From assembly GCF_006345805.1 (NCBI RefSeq), contig NW_021836066.1, positions 1 through 25,828 of the forward strand: a stretch of DNA of 25,828 bases. The letters run 5' to 3'. The notes under the pieces were generated by a model. The model had not been told where the DNA came from and did not search any database. It was given only the letters and a program-made list of their open reading frames with translations. The stretch comes from Octopus sinensis. Its lineage: Eukaryota. The position numbers and the translations under genes were made by a program. This document shows positions 11,244 through 22,562 of the stretch, piece after piece; within the stretch, counting starts at the first letter, position 1, and each line of letters begins with the position of its first letter.

Positions 11244-11575
11244 ATTTGGATGGAAACATTTTAAAATCCAGTTTCAGAATCTTCTGAAGCAATGTTCTGG
11301 CAATGCCTAGTTGGGTAGAGTGATGACGGGTAGAGGCTGACGGATTGTCAAGGACACTCTGCTGTACAGCTTCCACTACTGCTTCAGTTCTTTCAGTGCA
11401 CTTAGGACCTCTTCCCAGAAGATCACTGATTGAAACCGTTCTTTCAAAACCAGGCGATTAGGTTCCAAATCATCTTATTACTAGGAGATACTCTGACAGT
11501 GAAATGTTGCCAGTACTTTCTCTGAGTTTGAATAGTTGATCTTTCACTTGAATAGGAAAACTCAACAAGTTTTAC
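11244..11575 (-). pseudogene. Decayed IS630-Tc1-mariner transposase N-terminus (DUF4817-like HTH region)
   Basis: Hand translation across a stop and a frameshift: KLVEFSYSSERSTIQTQRKYWQHFTVRVSPSNKMIWNLIAWF*KNG/SISDLLGRGPKCTERTEAVVEAVQQSVLDNPSASTRHHSTQLGIARTLLQKILKLDFKMFPSK. Confidence 0.7.
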
Positions 11576-11711
11576 TCATTGCTAGACATCAAATGTAGCC
11601 ATTTTAAGCTCCAAGAGATATTCTATAACATGCAGAAAAAAAAAAGAAAATAAAAAAGACTGAAAATGAACAAACCATGACTTTTTCAAACCCTTCCGTT
11701 TTTCAGTAGCT

Positions 11712-11731
11712 ACTCTGTATATATGTATATG

Positions 11732-11782
<51 letters not shown>

Positions 11783-12007
11783 ATGTATATATATATATAT
11801 GTATGTATGTATGTATGTATATATATGTATGTAAGTATATATATGTATGTATGTATATATATGTATGTATGTATATATATATATATATGTATGTATATAT
11901 ATATATATGTATGCATGTATTATATATATATATATATATTATATATATGTATATATATGTATATGTATGTATATATGTATATATATGTATATATATATAT
12001 GTATGTA

Positions 12008-12044
<37 letters not shown>

Positions 12045-12136
12045 GTATATATGTATATATATTTATATATATGTATGTATATATGTAGATATATATATAT
12101 ATATGTATGATATATATATGTATGTATAGATATATA
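11712..12136. repeat. (TA)n/(TATG)n cryptic microsatellite
   Basis: Directly visible. Confidence 0.95.
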
Positions 12137-13263
12137 TAACTTAGAATAACTTAGAAAGGTTTTGGCCAGTATTGGCCCAGGCCATGTCTAACTTAATAGC
12201 ACCACCTGGTGAAGTCTTTCAGTCAGGATTTGGGCACCAAGGCCTTCGAGCAGAGAGTTATTGTTTGCGGAGACATATCCGGGTGTGGGTGGTTTGTCCG
12301 GTACTGTTTGAAGGAATTTGTCCAAAGACTTCTTGAATTTTGTGTGGTCAGTTTCTTTTTGACGTGCCCTGGTGTAATGTTAAGAGAGCAGGTCCAATTG
12401 AGGTGAAATAGTTGTGCCGTATTGTCGTTATGTGATGCGATTTGATTTTTGTTGTGGACGGATGGCACGTGGTCCAAGCCTTGGATGCATTTTGAAGGTG
12501 ATGCCAACATCATTCGGACAGTGCTGGTGGAATATTTTCCACATCATACAGATAATGTAGCGTTCACGGCGTCGTTGGAGTGAATACAATTTCAGCTTCT
12601 CTAGTCTACCCCAGTAGTCAAGGTCTGACATGCCATCTATCTTTTTTGTGATTGACCTTTGAGGTGCTTCAATTCTCATAATATTTTGTTTTGTGTAGGG
12701 AGACCACAGTGGACAGCAGTATTCAAGGTGGGGTCGGGCAAAAGTGGAGAAGAGAAGGATAATAGCGTGGGAATCTCTCGACTGGAAGGTTCTGAGAATC
12801 CAGGAACACATTCTGCGGGCCATGTCAACTTTGCTGCTTATATGTGTAGCCCAGCTTATGTTGTTGTCCACTGTTACTCCCAGGTCTCTGATGTTGTTGG
12901 ATGCCATGAGAATTTCTCCAGAAGGAAGAGAGTATGGGAGTTTCAGAGCGTCCTCCCTTCCAAAGTGGATCGGTTCAAATTTGTCTTCATTTAGCAACAT
13001 GTTATTCTTTTCCGCCCATTGGACAACAGCCAGTAGGTCTGACTGAAGGTTTATTTGGTCATCCACGCCATTGATGACCTTCTGGAGCTTGGAGTCATCA
13101 GCGAAGGTTCTGATGTTACTGTGTTTGATGGTATCAGTAATATCATTTATGTAGATGATGAAGAGAAGTGGGCCCAACACAGTGCCCTGTGGGACACCAC
13201 TGCTGACTTTGGCTGGGCTGGAAGAAGAAGCTTTTCCCAAGAGCAGGTCCAATTGAGGTGAAA
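12137..13263 (-). mobile_element. 5'-truncated CR1-group non-LTR retrotransposon inserted in a TA array
   Basis: RT ORF plus a frameshifted C-terminus ([38 protein letters not shown]); 3' tail (TTCTAAGTTA)x2. Confidence 0.9.
12428..13252 (-). pseudogene. Reverse transcriptase C-terminal half (274-aa ORF)
   Basis: Motifs [23 protein letters not shown] and RPHLEYCCPLWSPY, typical of CR1/L2-group ORF2; lacks the endonuclease and the N-terminal RT. Confidence 0.92.
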
Positions 13264-13313
13264 ATATATAATATATGTATGTATATATATATGTATGTAT
13301 ATATGTATGTATA

Positions 13314-13344
<31 letters not shown>

Positions 13345-13380
13345 ATTATGTATGTATATATATATAAGTTTGTATATATG

Positions 13381-13415
<35 letters not shown>

Positions 13416-13940
13416 GTATGTATATATATATGTATGTATATATATAATATATATATGTAGATATATATATATATATGTATGTATAATGTATGTATATATA
13501 TATATATGTATATATTATTATATGTATGTATATGTATATAGATATATATATATGTATGTATATATGTATATATATATTATATGTATATATATATATTATG
13601 TATATATATTTATATATATATGTAGGTATATATGTATTATATATGTATGTATATGTTAATATATATGTATGTATATATGTATATATATATGTATGTATAT
13701 ATTTATATATATATGTATGTATAAATGTATATATATATGTATGTATATGTATATATATATATATGCATATATATATGCATATATATGTATATATATATAT
13801 ATATGTAGATATATATATATATATATTATATCTATATATATGATATATAATTATATATGTATATATATATATATATATTATATGTATATATAATATGATA
13901 TATATGTATATCTATATATATTATATATATAATATATATG

Positions 13941-13982
<42 letters not shown>

Positions 13983-14061
13983 TATATAATATATGTATAT
14001 ATATATATATGTTATATATAATATATATATATGTATATATTATATATATATAATGTATATG

Positions 14062-14095
<34 letters not shown>

Positions 14096-14133
14096 ATATG
14101 TATATATATATATATGTATATGTATAATATATG

Positions 14134-14170
<37 letters not shown>

Positions 14171-14198
14171 GTATGTATGTATATTATATATATATATG
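13264..14198. repeat. ~0.9-kb (TA)n-based cryptic microsatellite
   Basis: Directly visible. Confidence 0.95.
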
Positions 14199-14645
14199 TA
14201 TAAGGATAAATTAAATATAGAGATAATCTATTGACAATCCCCAATTTATTTATGTTACAATATTACATTAGGTACTATGGATATAATATATAACATAACA
14301 TGATATTATATAACATAAATAATTATAAAAAACAAAAAAGCTAACAAATTGTTTCGACTTATATATATATATTTTTTCTGATATACATAATCACAGTTAC
14401 ATATATAGTTACTTCAGGGTCTTTTTCTAAACCAAACACCCTGAAGTGACTATATATATAATATATATTTATATCAGAAAATATATATATAAGTCGAAAT
14501 AATTTGTTGGCTTTCTTGGTTTTTAAAATTATCTATGTTATATAATATAATATTACGTTATATAATATATTCAAAGTACTTAATGTAATATAAATATATT
14601 ATTGGATTGTCAGTAGAATATCTCTATATCTAATTTATCTTTATA
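14199..14645. mobile_element. Foldback element E, ~220-bp arms with outward hammerhead-like motifs
   Basis: taaggataaattaaatatagagata at 14201 mirrors tatctctatatctaatttatcttta at ~14619-14643; centre at ~14421-14437. Confidence 0.85.
14439..14515 (+). ncRNA. Type I hammerhead-like motif, right arm of E (mirror copy at ~14335-14426, minus strand)
   Basis: CC CUGAAGU GACU [AT-rich] AGUC GAAA U/C AAUUU GU U GG; A9 is replaced by U in both arms. Confidence 0.5.
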
Positions 14646-14794
14646 ATTGAATTATACCTATATTTATATGGTATCCAACTGAAGTACCAGTGAATTGGAT
14701 GTTTAACACACCCCTTTGAAGGATTTCTTTTCCTCAGTTTGTTAATTTATACACACACACACACACACACACCACACACATATATATATATATA

Positions 14795-15000
14795 TACATA
14801 TCTTTTATCTTTTACTTGCTTCAGACATTAGACTTCTGCCATGCTAAGACATGGCCATGGAAGAATTTTTAGTTGAATGTACTTATTTTCTTAAGCCCAG
14901 TACTTATTCTTTTGGTGTCTTTTACTGAACGACTAAGTTCTAGGGGTGTAAACACACAATCACCTGTTGTCAAGTGGTGGTGGAGGACAAACTCAGACCA
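14795..15000 (-). mobile_element. Diverged composite-SINE 3' module
   Basis: cccagtacttattc and ttgtcaag, as in 1312-1520. Confidence 0.65.
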
Positions 15001-15230
15001 TTCCCCACCCTACATGGAATGTCAATATACATGCACACACACACACACACTTAAGCACATATACGAACAAGGGATGAAAAATAGGTACAATAAAACACTA
15101 GGGGAAAAAATTGAGGAATGAAAATTAGTGATGGACATGAAGTGAGAAAAGTGAACAAGTCCATGGGTAGAACTAAGAAAAAAATTAAGAGAAAACTGGT
15201 GAAAAAATAGGGAAAAATAATTAATAATAA

Positions 15231-15540
15231 ATAGGCACAGATATGGCTGTGTGGTAAGAAGCTTGCTTCCCAACTACATGGTTCCACAGCATGGGACCTT
15301 GGGAAAGTGTTATCTACTATAGCCTCGGGCTGACCAAATCCTTGGGAGTGGATTTGGTAAAAGGAAACTGAAAGAAGCCTGCTATATATATAGGGAGAGT
15401 TTACGAAAAAATAAAAGACAAAGACAAGTGGTGTACAAAACAAACAGATGTATTAGTATAACGCTCAGGAATAGAAAAGTCTTTTACGTCTTGAGCCTTT
15501 GCTCTTCCACAGAAAAGGGACATAGAAAAAACAAGGAGAG

Positions 15541-15579
<39 letters not shown>

Positions 15580-15912
15580 CATGGATACATACATACAAAC
15601 ATACATACATTTATATATATATATATGTATGTATGTTTGTATGTATGTATGTATCCATGTATATATGTGTGTGTGTATATATGTATATATATGTGTGTGT
15701 GTGTTCGTTCTCCCATCATCACTTAACAACTGGTGTTGGTGTGTTTGTGTCCCCATTACTTAGTGGTTCAGCAAAAGAGACTGATAGAATAAGTATCAGG
15801 CTAAAAAAAAAATAAGTACTGGGTCAATGCATTTGACTAGAAATTCAAGGTGGTGCTCCAGCAAGGCTGTAGTTTAATGAATGATGCAAATAAAAGATAA
15901 AGGCAAAAGAAT
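15231..15912 (+). mobile_element. Diverged composite tRNA/CORE SINE interrupted by a family F copy
   Basis: Head at 15231-15385, F copy at 15392-15545 inside the internal TA tract, 3' module at ~15700-15912. Confidence 0.7.
15481..15516 (-). ncRNA. Degenerate family F hammerhead
   Basis: UUUU CUGUGGA A GAGC aaag GCUC AAGA CGU A AAAG; stems conserved, core mutated. Confidence 0.45.
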
Positions 15913-16494
15913 AAAACTCAGAGTATAAAAAAAATAAATATAATAAAAAAATAAATAAAATCACAATACTGGAGAAAAGTCCAAGGGGTACATAGTTGAT
16001 GCAAAGTTTGGTGGGGTAGAAATGTCCAAAGTACGGTGGGGAGCCGATGAATGAAACTTTGTAGTGTGATGCTCTTAGAGAGGCAAGCAACAGATGTGTA
16101 AGGACGTGTCAGAGCTTAAGAATTTATAATGGAAGGAAAGGAAAAGGGGAAAGTCCTGAATATCCAAAGATGATAAAAGTGGTTGAGTTCACTGGGAGGG
16201 AAATTGGGAAAAATCAGTCGGAGAGAATTTAGTCCAAATGCATGTCTTGGAGAAAGAAGTTGGTACGAATCACATGAGAAAAAAATGGTGAAGAGAAAGA
16301 AAGCTCTTTGACATAGAAGTAAAGAGAAATGGAAGCAAGGAGATAAAAAGAAAAGGACCAAGAAGAAAGTATGTGTGTGCGTGCATGCATAAGTGTGTGT
16401 GTGTGTGCTTGGAATGTTTGTGTGCGTGTGTGTTTAGGCATGTATGTGTTAGTCAGTTAAAGAGTTGTTAGCAAGAATGGTATGAAACAGAGTT

Positions 16495-17086
16495 TAAGGC
16501 GGCGAGCTGGCAGAAATGTTAGCACGCCGGGCGAAATGCGTAGCCGTATTTCGTCTATCACTATGTTCTGAGTTCAAATACTGCCGTGGTCAACTTTGCC
16601 TTTCATCCTTTCGGGGTCGATTAAATAAGTACCAGTTACGCACTGGGGTTGATATAATCGACTTAATCCGTTTGTCTGTCCTCTCTGTGTTTAGCCCCTT
16701 GTGGGTAGTAAAGAAATAGGTATTTCGTCTGCCGTTACTTTCTGAGTTCAAATTCTGCTGAGGTCGACTTTACCTTTCATCCTTTTGGGGTCGATTAAAT
16801 AAGTACCAGTTACGCACTGGGGTCGATATAATCGACTTAATCCGTGTGTCTGTCCTTGTTTGTCCTCTCTGTGTTTAGCCCCTTGTGGGTAGTAAAGAAA
16901 TCGGTATTTCGTCTGCTGTTACGTTCTGAGTTCAAATTCCGCCGAGGTCAACTTTGCCTTTCATCCTTTCAGGGTCGATTAAATAAGTACCAGTTACGCA
17001 CTGGGGTCGATATAATCGACTTAATCCGTGTGTCTGTCCTTGTTTGTCCTCTCTGTGTTTAGCCCCTTGTGGGTAGTAATGAAATA
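16495..17086 (+). mobile_element. tRNA-derived SINE (Meta-domain-like centre) with a tandemly triplicated ~180-bp body and a 16-bp TSD
   Basis: TSD GGTATGAAACAGAGTT at 16479-16494 and 17087-17102; gcctttcatcctttcggggtcgat-like motif occurs three times. Confidence 0.85.
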
Positions 17087-17347
17087 GGTATGAAACAGAG
17101 TTGTCAAGCAAAGTGGAAGTTGAGGGGGGAGGAAGAAAGCATGTGAGTGTGGTAGAAAACTTGTGTGTGTGCAAGTGTGAATGTGTGTATGAGTGCTGGT
17201 GGGTATGTGTGTATGCATCAAGGGCACAAGATGGTGATATGTGTTTGTGTGCATGTGTGTGTAGATGTGTGTGTGTGTGCATGTGAATATACTGGAGTAT
17301 TTTCATATATGCATTTATATATATATATATATATATATATGTATAAT

Positions 17348-17530
17348 GTGGAGTTGCAATGGCCCAGTGGTTAGGGCAGCGGACTCACGGTCATAGGATC
17401 GCGGTTTCAATTCCCAGATCAGGCGTTGTGAGTGTTTATTGAGCGAAAACACCTAAAGCACCACGAAGCTCCGGCAGTGGGTGGTGGAGATCCATCTGAT
17501 AGCCTGGTAGGTCATCATGATCACAGTGAT
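17348..17530 (+). mobile_element. tRNA-derived SINE, internally deleted copy of the 17820 family
   Basis: A box TGGCCCAGTGG; jumps from the gtggtgg region to catctgatagcctggt. Confidence 0.8.
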
Positions 17531-17581
17531 ATGTGTAATATTAATTAACAGGAGATGGATTCAGTATTAAACCTTTATTGG

Positions 17582-17626
17582 GTACAACATATGTTTCAAG
17601 CCATCAGTCTGGGTCTCATCAAGTAC
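17582..17626 (-). ncRNA. Degenerate type I hammerhead motif G
   Basis: GUAC UUGAUGA GACCC agacugau GGCUU GAAA CAUAUGU U GUAC; palindromic stem III ACAUAUGU and 4-bp stem I. Confidence 0.5.
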
Positions 17627-17784
17627 ATTGATAAAGACCTTTTAGTGTCAGCTGTCTTGTTATTATAAGCCCATCAAATTAGGAAATGAATAAAACCAAA
17701 TAATATTATAATACGCAATATATTATATTATATTACGCAACACTTAAACATACTACTTGACTTATATTTATTTGTCCAAATTAC

Positions 17785-17818
<34 letters not shown>

Positions 17819-17819
17819 G

Positions 17820-18118
17820 TGGAGGTGCAATGGCCCAGTGGTTAGGGCAGTGGACTCATGGTTTCGATTCTCAGACCGGGCGTTGTGAGTGTTTATTGAG
17901 CGAAAACACCTAAAGCTCCACGAGGCTCCGGCAGGGGGTGGTGGTGATCCCTGCTGTACACTTGCACCACAACTTTCTCTCACTCTTTCTTCTGTTGGCC
18001 TGCTCGCTTAGCCAGCAGGGTGGCGTCATTTGAAGGCTGAAACAACACGAAGTGCATTGTGACCAGCGATGTGTAGCAACATCTGATAGCCTGGTCGGTC
18101 ACGGTGATCACAGTGACG

Positions 18119-18120
<2 letters not shown>
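17820..18120 (+). mobile_element. tRNA-derived SINE (longer copy)
   Basis: A box TGGCCCAGTGG, B box GGTTTCGATTC, 3' gtcacggtgatcacagtga. Confidence 0.8.
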
Positions 18121-18157
<37 letters not shown>

Positions 18158-18427
18158 AAGGTGTATTCAACATGTTCAAATGCATTTGAACCTGGAAAAA
18201 CCTTCCACTACTGAGATAGTCCTGGAACAGAATTCTCTTTCCAAGCATAAGGAAAAACCTATTTTAGGCTGTGAATGATACCAGTGGATTGGAGGAAGTG
18301 TGTGTTGCTTGTATCGTTTTGATTTGTTTGCTATGAAATCCAAATCTGTTATTCATAACCTGATAAGAACAAAATTATTCTGACCAAAACAGCATACTGT
18401 ACTTATGCTGATGTGCATTATATAAAT

Positions 18428-18999
18428 AATGTCACACAAAGCAGCATTGAATAAAATATATTCATGCAAAGGTATATTTAACACATTGGAGTGTATTTGG
18501 ATGTGAGAAGAACTTCTGTGGAGATAGTCCCATGAAATGAATTCACTTCCTTCTACATGTGTGGTAACATTTTGGGCTGTGAGTGAAAACATTTGATCAT
18601 AGGACACATATGTTTCTGCATTTTATCACCTCATCAGTTGCAGAAATCATACCTGGCATTTGCGGATGGATAAGAATGAACTTATTTTTTATTAAAACAA
18701 CATACAGTACATTTGTTGATGTGCATAAAGCTTGATCAAATTAGAAATTCTTATTGGGTCGTGAATGATAAATTTGGCTTTAGTGGCTGATGAAATGAAA
18801 AAAAATGAAGAAATGCTTGCATTTTGTCATCCAATAATGTCATTTACAGCCCAAAATGTGTCTTCACATATCAAGGGAAAGAATTCTTTCCTGGGACCAT
18901 TTCCAGAGCAGAAGGTCTTCTCATGTCCGAGTGCACTTGATTGTGTTTAATGCAACTTTACAAAACTATATTTTATTTAGCACTGCTTTGTGCAATGTT
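18428..18999. mobile_element. Old foldback element H, ~210-bp diverged arms with outward CTGATGA...GAAA motifs
   Basis: Mirror pairs centred at ~18713: acattttgggctgt 18567-18580 / acagcccaaaatgt 18846-18859; cacaaagcag / ctgctttgtg; tcatcag 18631-18637 / ctgatga 18787-18793. Confidence 0.7.
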
Positions 19000-19007
19000 A
19001 CACACAT

Positions 19008-19043
<36 letters not shown>

Positions 19044-19304
19044 TATACACACATATTATACACATATGCACTCACACTCACATTATACACACATATTATA
19101 CACACATGCACACACACACACACACACATTATACACACATTATAAACACATGCACACACACACACACACATTATACACACATATTATACACACATGCACA
19201 CACACACGCACACACATTATACACACATGCACACACACCATGTATGTTTCATGCCTGTATGATGCTGAGTTCAGCCTGACTTAGTTATACCAAGTTAAGT
19301 TTTT

Positions 19305-19745
19305 TTTCTACTATAGCTTTGGGCAGACCAAAGACTTGAGAGAGGATTTGGTAGATGGAAAACTGTAAGCAACCTAATGTGTGTGTATGTGTGTGTGTAT
19401 ACACACACATAAATCCATATGTATATATGCACGCATGTATGTATGTATGTATGTATGTATGTATGTTTGTATGTGTGTGTGTATGTATGAATGTATGTAT
19501 GTATGCGTGTGTGTATGTATGTGTTGTGTGTATGTATGAATGTATGTATGTATGTATGTGTGTGTGTATGAATGTATGTGTGTGTGTGTATGTATGTATG
19601 AATGTATGTATGTGTGTGTATGTATGTATGTATGTATGTATGTATGTGTGTATGTATGTGTGTATGTATGTATGTATGTACGCATATATATATATATGGA
19701 TGAATGTATGTATGTATGTATGTGTGTGTGTATGTATGTATGTGC
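19305..19745 (+). mobile_element. Partial CORE-SINE head followed by a long (TATG/TG)n tract
   Basis: ctactatagc...gatttggtagatggaaaactg matches the other heads. Confidence 0.6.
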
Positions 19746-20921
19746 ATTTGTCCCTTTGTCCTGACATCATGTGTTGGTTTTAAACGTGGAGGAAATACTT
19801 AACAGATGAGGTTTAGGGACCAGAAATGGTATCTGGCTGTAGAAAATCTACCCCCAAAAATTCCTCCTAGCCCATCTGAGCATGAAATAGGGAATATTAA
19901 ATGTAAAGATGTTTATGATGATATCCATCTACCCTTCTCACTCACATACACACATGCAATTACACACATATATATACAAAAGCGAGTGAGAATGAGAGAG
20001 AGAGAGAGAGTGGGAGAGAGAAGAGAGAGAAAAGTAAGGGAAAGAAAGTATGTGTATATGAAAGAGACAGAAGAGAAAAAAAAATGAAAGAGTATTTTGT
20101 AATGTTTTAGTGAAATTGATGGAATTTAGAAGGTTTCAAACAAAAGTTCTACTAGATGAATGAGTGAGCTTTCCTGTGTTTTCATTAAATATTTTGTAAT
20201 ATTTATGTTGTTTAGAGCTGTTCGTTTGAAATGGTTTCAATTTATGTTTTGTGGGGCTGTTCTTTTGAAATAGTTTCAGTTTACAGTGAACTGCTCTTAT
20301 TGAATGGCTAAATTATGTTATGGATAATATCATAATAACAACTAATATTTTTGTTCATTACATTTAAGGTGGCTAGGATGGGTGTTAATGCAAGTTATTT
20401 GTTTTTTAAGACCTCTTCTACAAATGATATGATTACAGTACAGTTAAGGCATTATACAGTTGCTCATTAACAAGTCATATTCCTAGGGTGGTTGGAGTGC
20501 ATATGTATGTAGTGAAGGGATTTGTTAGATTTATGTAAAAAAGAACATAGTGTGGAACTAGGTATAGGGTGACATAGAGAAAATTAACTAGTCTCAGATA
20601 AGTTTCAGTACTAATTTCTCAGCTGATGTATATGTGAGTGCGTGTGTATGTATCTATCTCTCTCTCTCTTTTCTCTTTCACTTGTTTCAGCCATTTGACT
20701 GCAGCCATGCTGGAGCACTGCCTTTGGTCAAGCAAATCGACCCCAGAACTTATTCTTTGTAAGTCTAGTACTTATTCTATCGGTCTCTTTTGCCGAACTG
20801 CAAAGTTATGTGGATGTAAACACACCGCCATCGGTTGTCAAGTGATGTTGGGGGCAAAACACAGACACACAAACATATACACACACATACACACACACAC
20901 ACACACTATATATATATATAT

Positions 20922-21280
20922 AAAATAATATGTTACATTACTCGATAGTCAAGATAAAACTCTGAGTTTCAGATGCCAAAGTGGGAATCCACAACGCCAT
21001 CTCTTCGGTTATCTGGCTATTTGAAAATACTCTGAGTTTCAGATGCCGAAGTGGGAATCCACAACCCCATCTCTTCGGTTATCTGGCTATTTGAAAATAG
21101 CATTTTCAAATAGCCAGATAACCGAAGAGATGGCTTTGTGGATTCCCACTTCGGCATCTGAAACTCAGAGTTTTATCTTGACTATCGAGTAATGTAACAT
21201 ATTATTTTATAGATAAATTTCCTCTATTTACATAATATTGAGGTCTCTTTCTTTCTTTTGTTATCTTACCATTTTACCAA
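20922..21280. mobile_element. Foldback element C with three hammerhead-like motifs and a one-sided ~70-bp tail
   Basis: Near-perfect palindrome centred at 21099-21101; 70-bp tandem duplication in the left arm (20959 and 21029). Confidence 0.88.
21117..21177 (+). ncRNA. Type I hammerhead motif, right arm of C
   Basis: GAUAA CCGAAGA GAUG...CAUC U GAAA CU cag AGU U UUAUC; U4-to-C change in the core. Confidence 0.6.
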
Positions 21281-21863
21281 TATATATATATATATATTTA
21301 ATATATATATATGTACATATATATATATACAACAGGCTTCTTTCAGTTTCCATCTACCATATCCACTCACAAGGCTTTGATTGACCTGAGGCTATAGAAG
21401 AAGACACTTGCCCAAGGTCTGCTGCGCAGAGACCTTGCAGCGCAAGTTGAGCAAAATTGAGAGCATGATAGAAGAAGGCTTGCTCTTTATTCTGTAGAAG
21501 ACAAAATTCAAATCGGACCATGTTAACACCAAAAATTATTTACATCAAAAAGGTGCTTTTTTTCTATGAAAATCCCTATTTTTTACGATTTTTGACTGCT
21601 GTGTCACCATTTTTCGGTGTATTTCAACTGGAAAAATGTTCACTTGAAGAGAATAACAAGTTGCATAATGCAAAATTTTTACTTTCCAAAATTCCAAATC
21701 TAAAGGGTCGAAACAAACCCAAGCAACACTGGGTGATACTGCTAGTATATACATAAATTTAAAATAACATGAGTGAAAAATTGAATATTAATTTGATTAA
21801 TATCAATTTATAACCAGTGGTCTAGCATATAGAAAAATCTGAAGATTCAGAAAAATTGTATTA

Positions 21864-21914
21864 CATACATATAAGGGGGATGACCACTTAGTGGTCATCC
21901 CTCTTATATGTATG
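21864..21914. other. Near-perfect 24-bp hairpin
   Basis: catacatataagggggatgaccac-tta-gtggtcatccctcttatatgtatg; a single G-T wobble. Confidence 0.85.
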
Positions 21915-21961
21915 AAATATATATATATATATATATGTATATTGATAAAAATGGTAAGATA

Positions 21962-22357
21962 ATAGGTGCAGGAGTGGCTGTGTGGTAAGTAGCTTGCTAA
22001 CCAGCCACATGGTTCCGGGTTCAGTCCCACTGCGTGGCATCTTGGGCAAGTATCTTCTGCTATAGCCCCAGGCCGACCAATGCCTTGTGAGTGGATTTGG
22101 TAGACGGAAACTGAAAGAAGCCTGTCGTATATATGTATATATATATGTGTGTGTGTTTGTGTGTGTGTGTTTGTCCCCCTAGCATTGCTTGACAACCGAT
22201 GCTGGTGTGTTTACGTCCCCGTCACTTAGCGGTTCAGCAAAAGAGACCGGTAGAATAAGTACTGGGCTTACAAAGAATAAGTCCCGGGGTCGATTTGCTC
22301 GACTAAAGGCAGTGCTCCAGCATGGCTGCAGTCAAATGACTGAAACAAGTAAAAGAG
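21962..22357 (+). mobile_element. Composite tRNA/CORE SINE inserted into element D
   Basis: Full head to aaaagag tail; the flanks rejoin as ggtaagataacaaaagaaag, with an apparent short TAA duplication. Confidence 0.88.
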
Positions 22358-22562
22358 TAACAAAAGAAAGAAAGAGACCTCGATATTATGTAAATAGAGG
22401 AATTTATCTGTAAATGTAATATGTGACAATTATTTGGTAGTCATGATAAAACTCCGAGTGTCCGATGCCGAGGTGGAAATCCACGCTGCCATCTTTTCCA
22501 TTATCCGGCCATCGGAAAAACGCTATGAAGAATGACTGTTTATACAAATAGCGTTTTTCTGA

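Larger units (their letters stand above)
20655..21420 (-). mobile_element. Composite SINE (tRNA head truncated) split by element C
   Basis: 3' module at 20655-20875 and CORE part at 21326-21420; element C sits in the internal microsatellite. Confidence 0.75.

Noticed and set aside
12209-13261. Plus-strand ORFs over the LINE
   Set aside because: They are antisense shadows of the RT frame.
21520-21756. 78-aa plus-strand ORF
   Set aside because: No recognisable domain, and an equally long ORF overlaps it on the minus strand.
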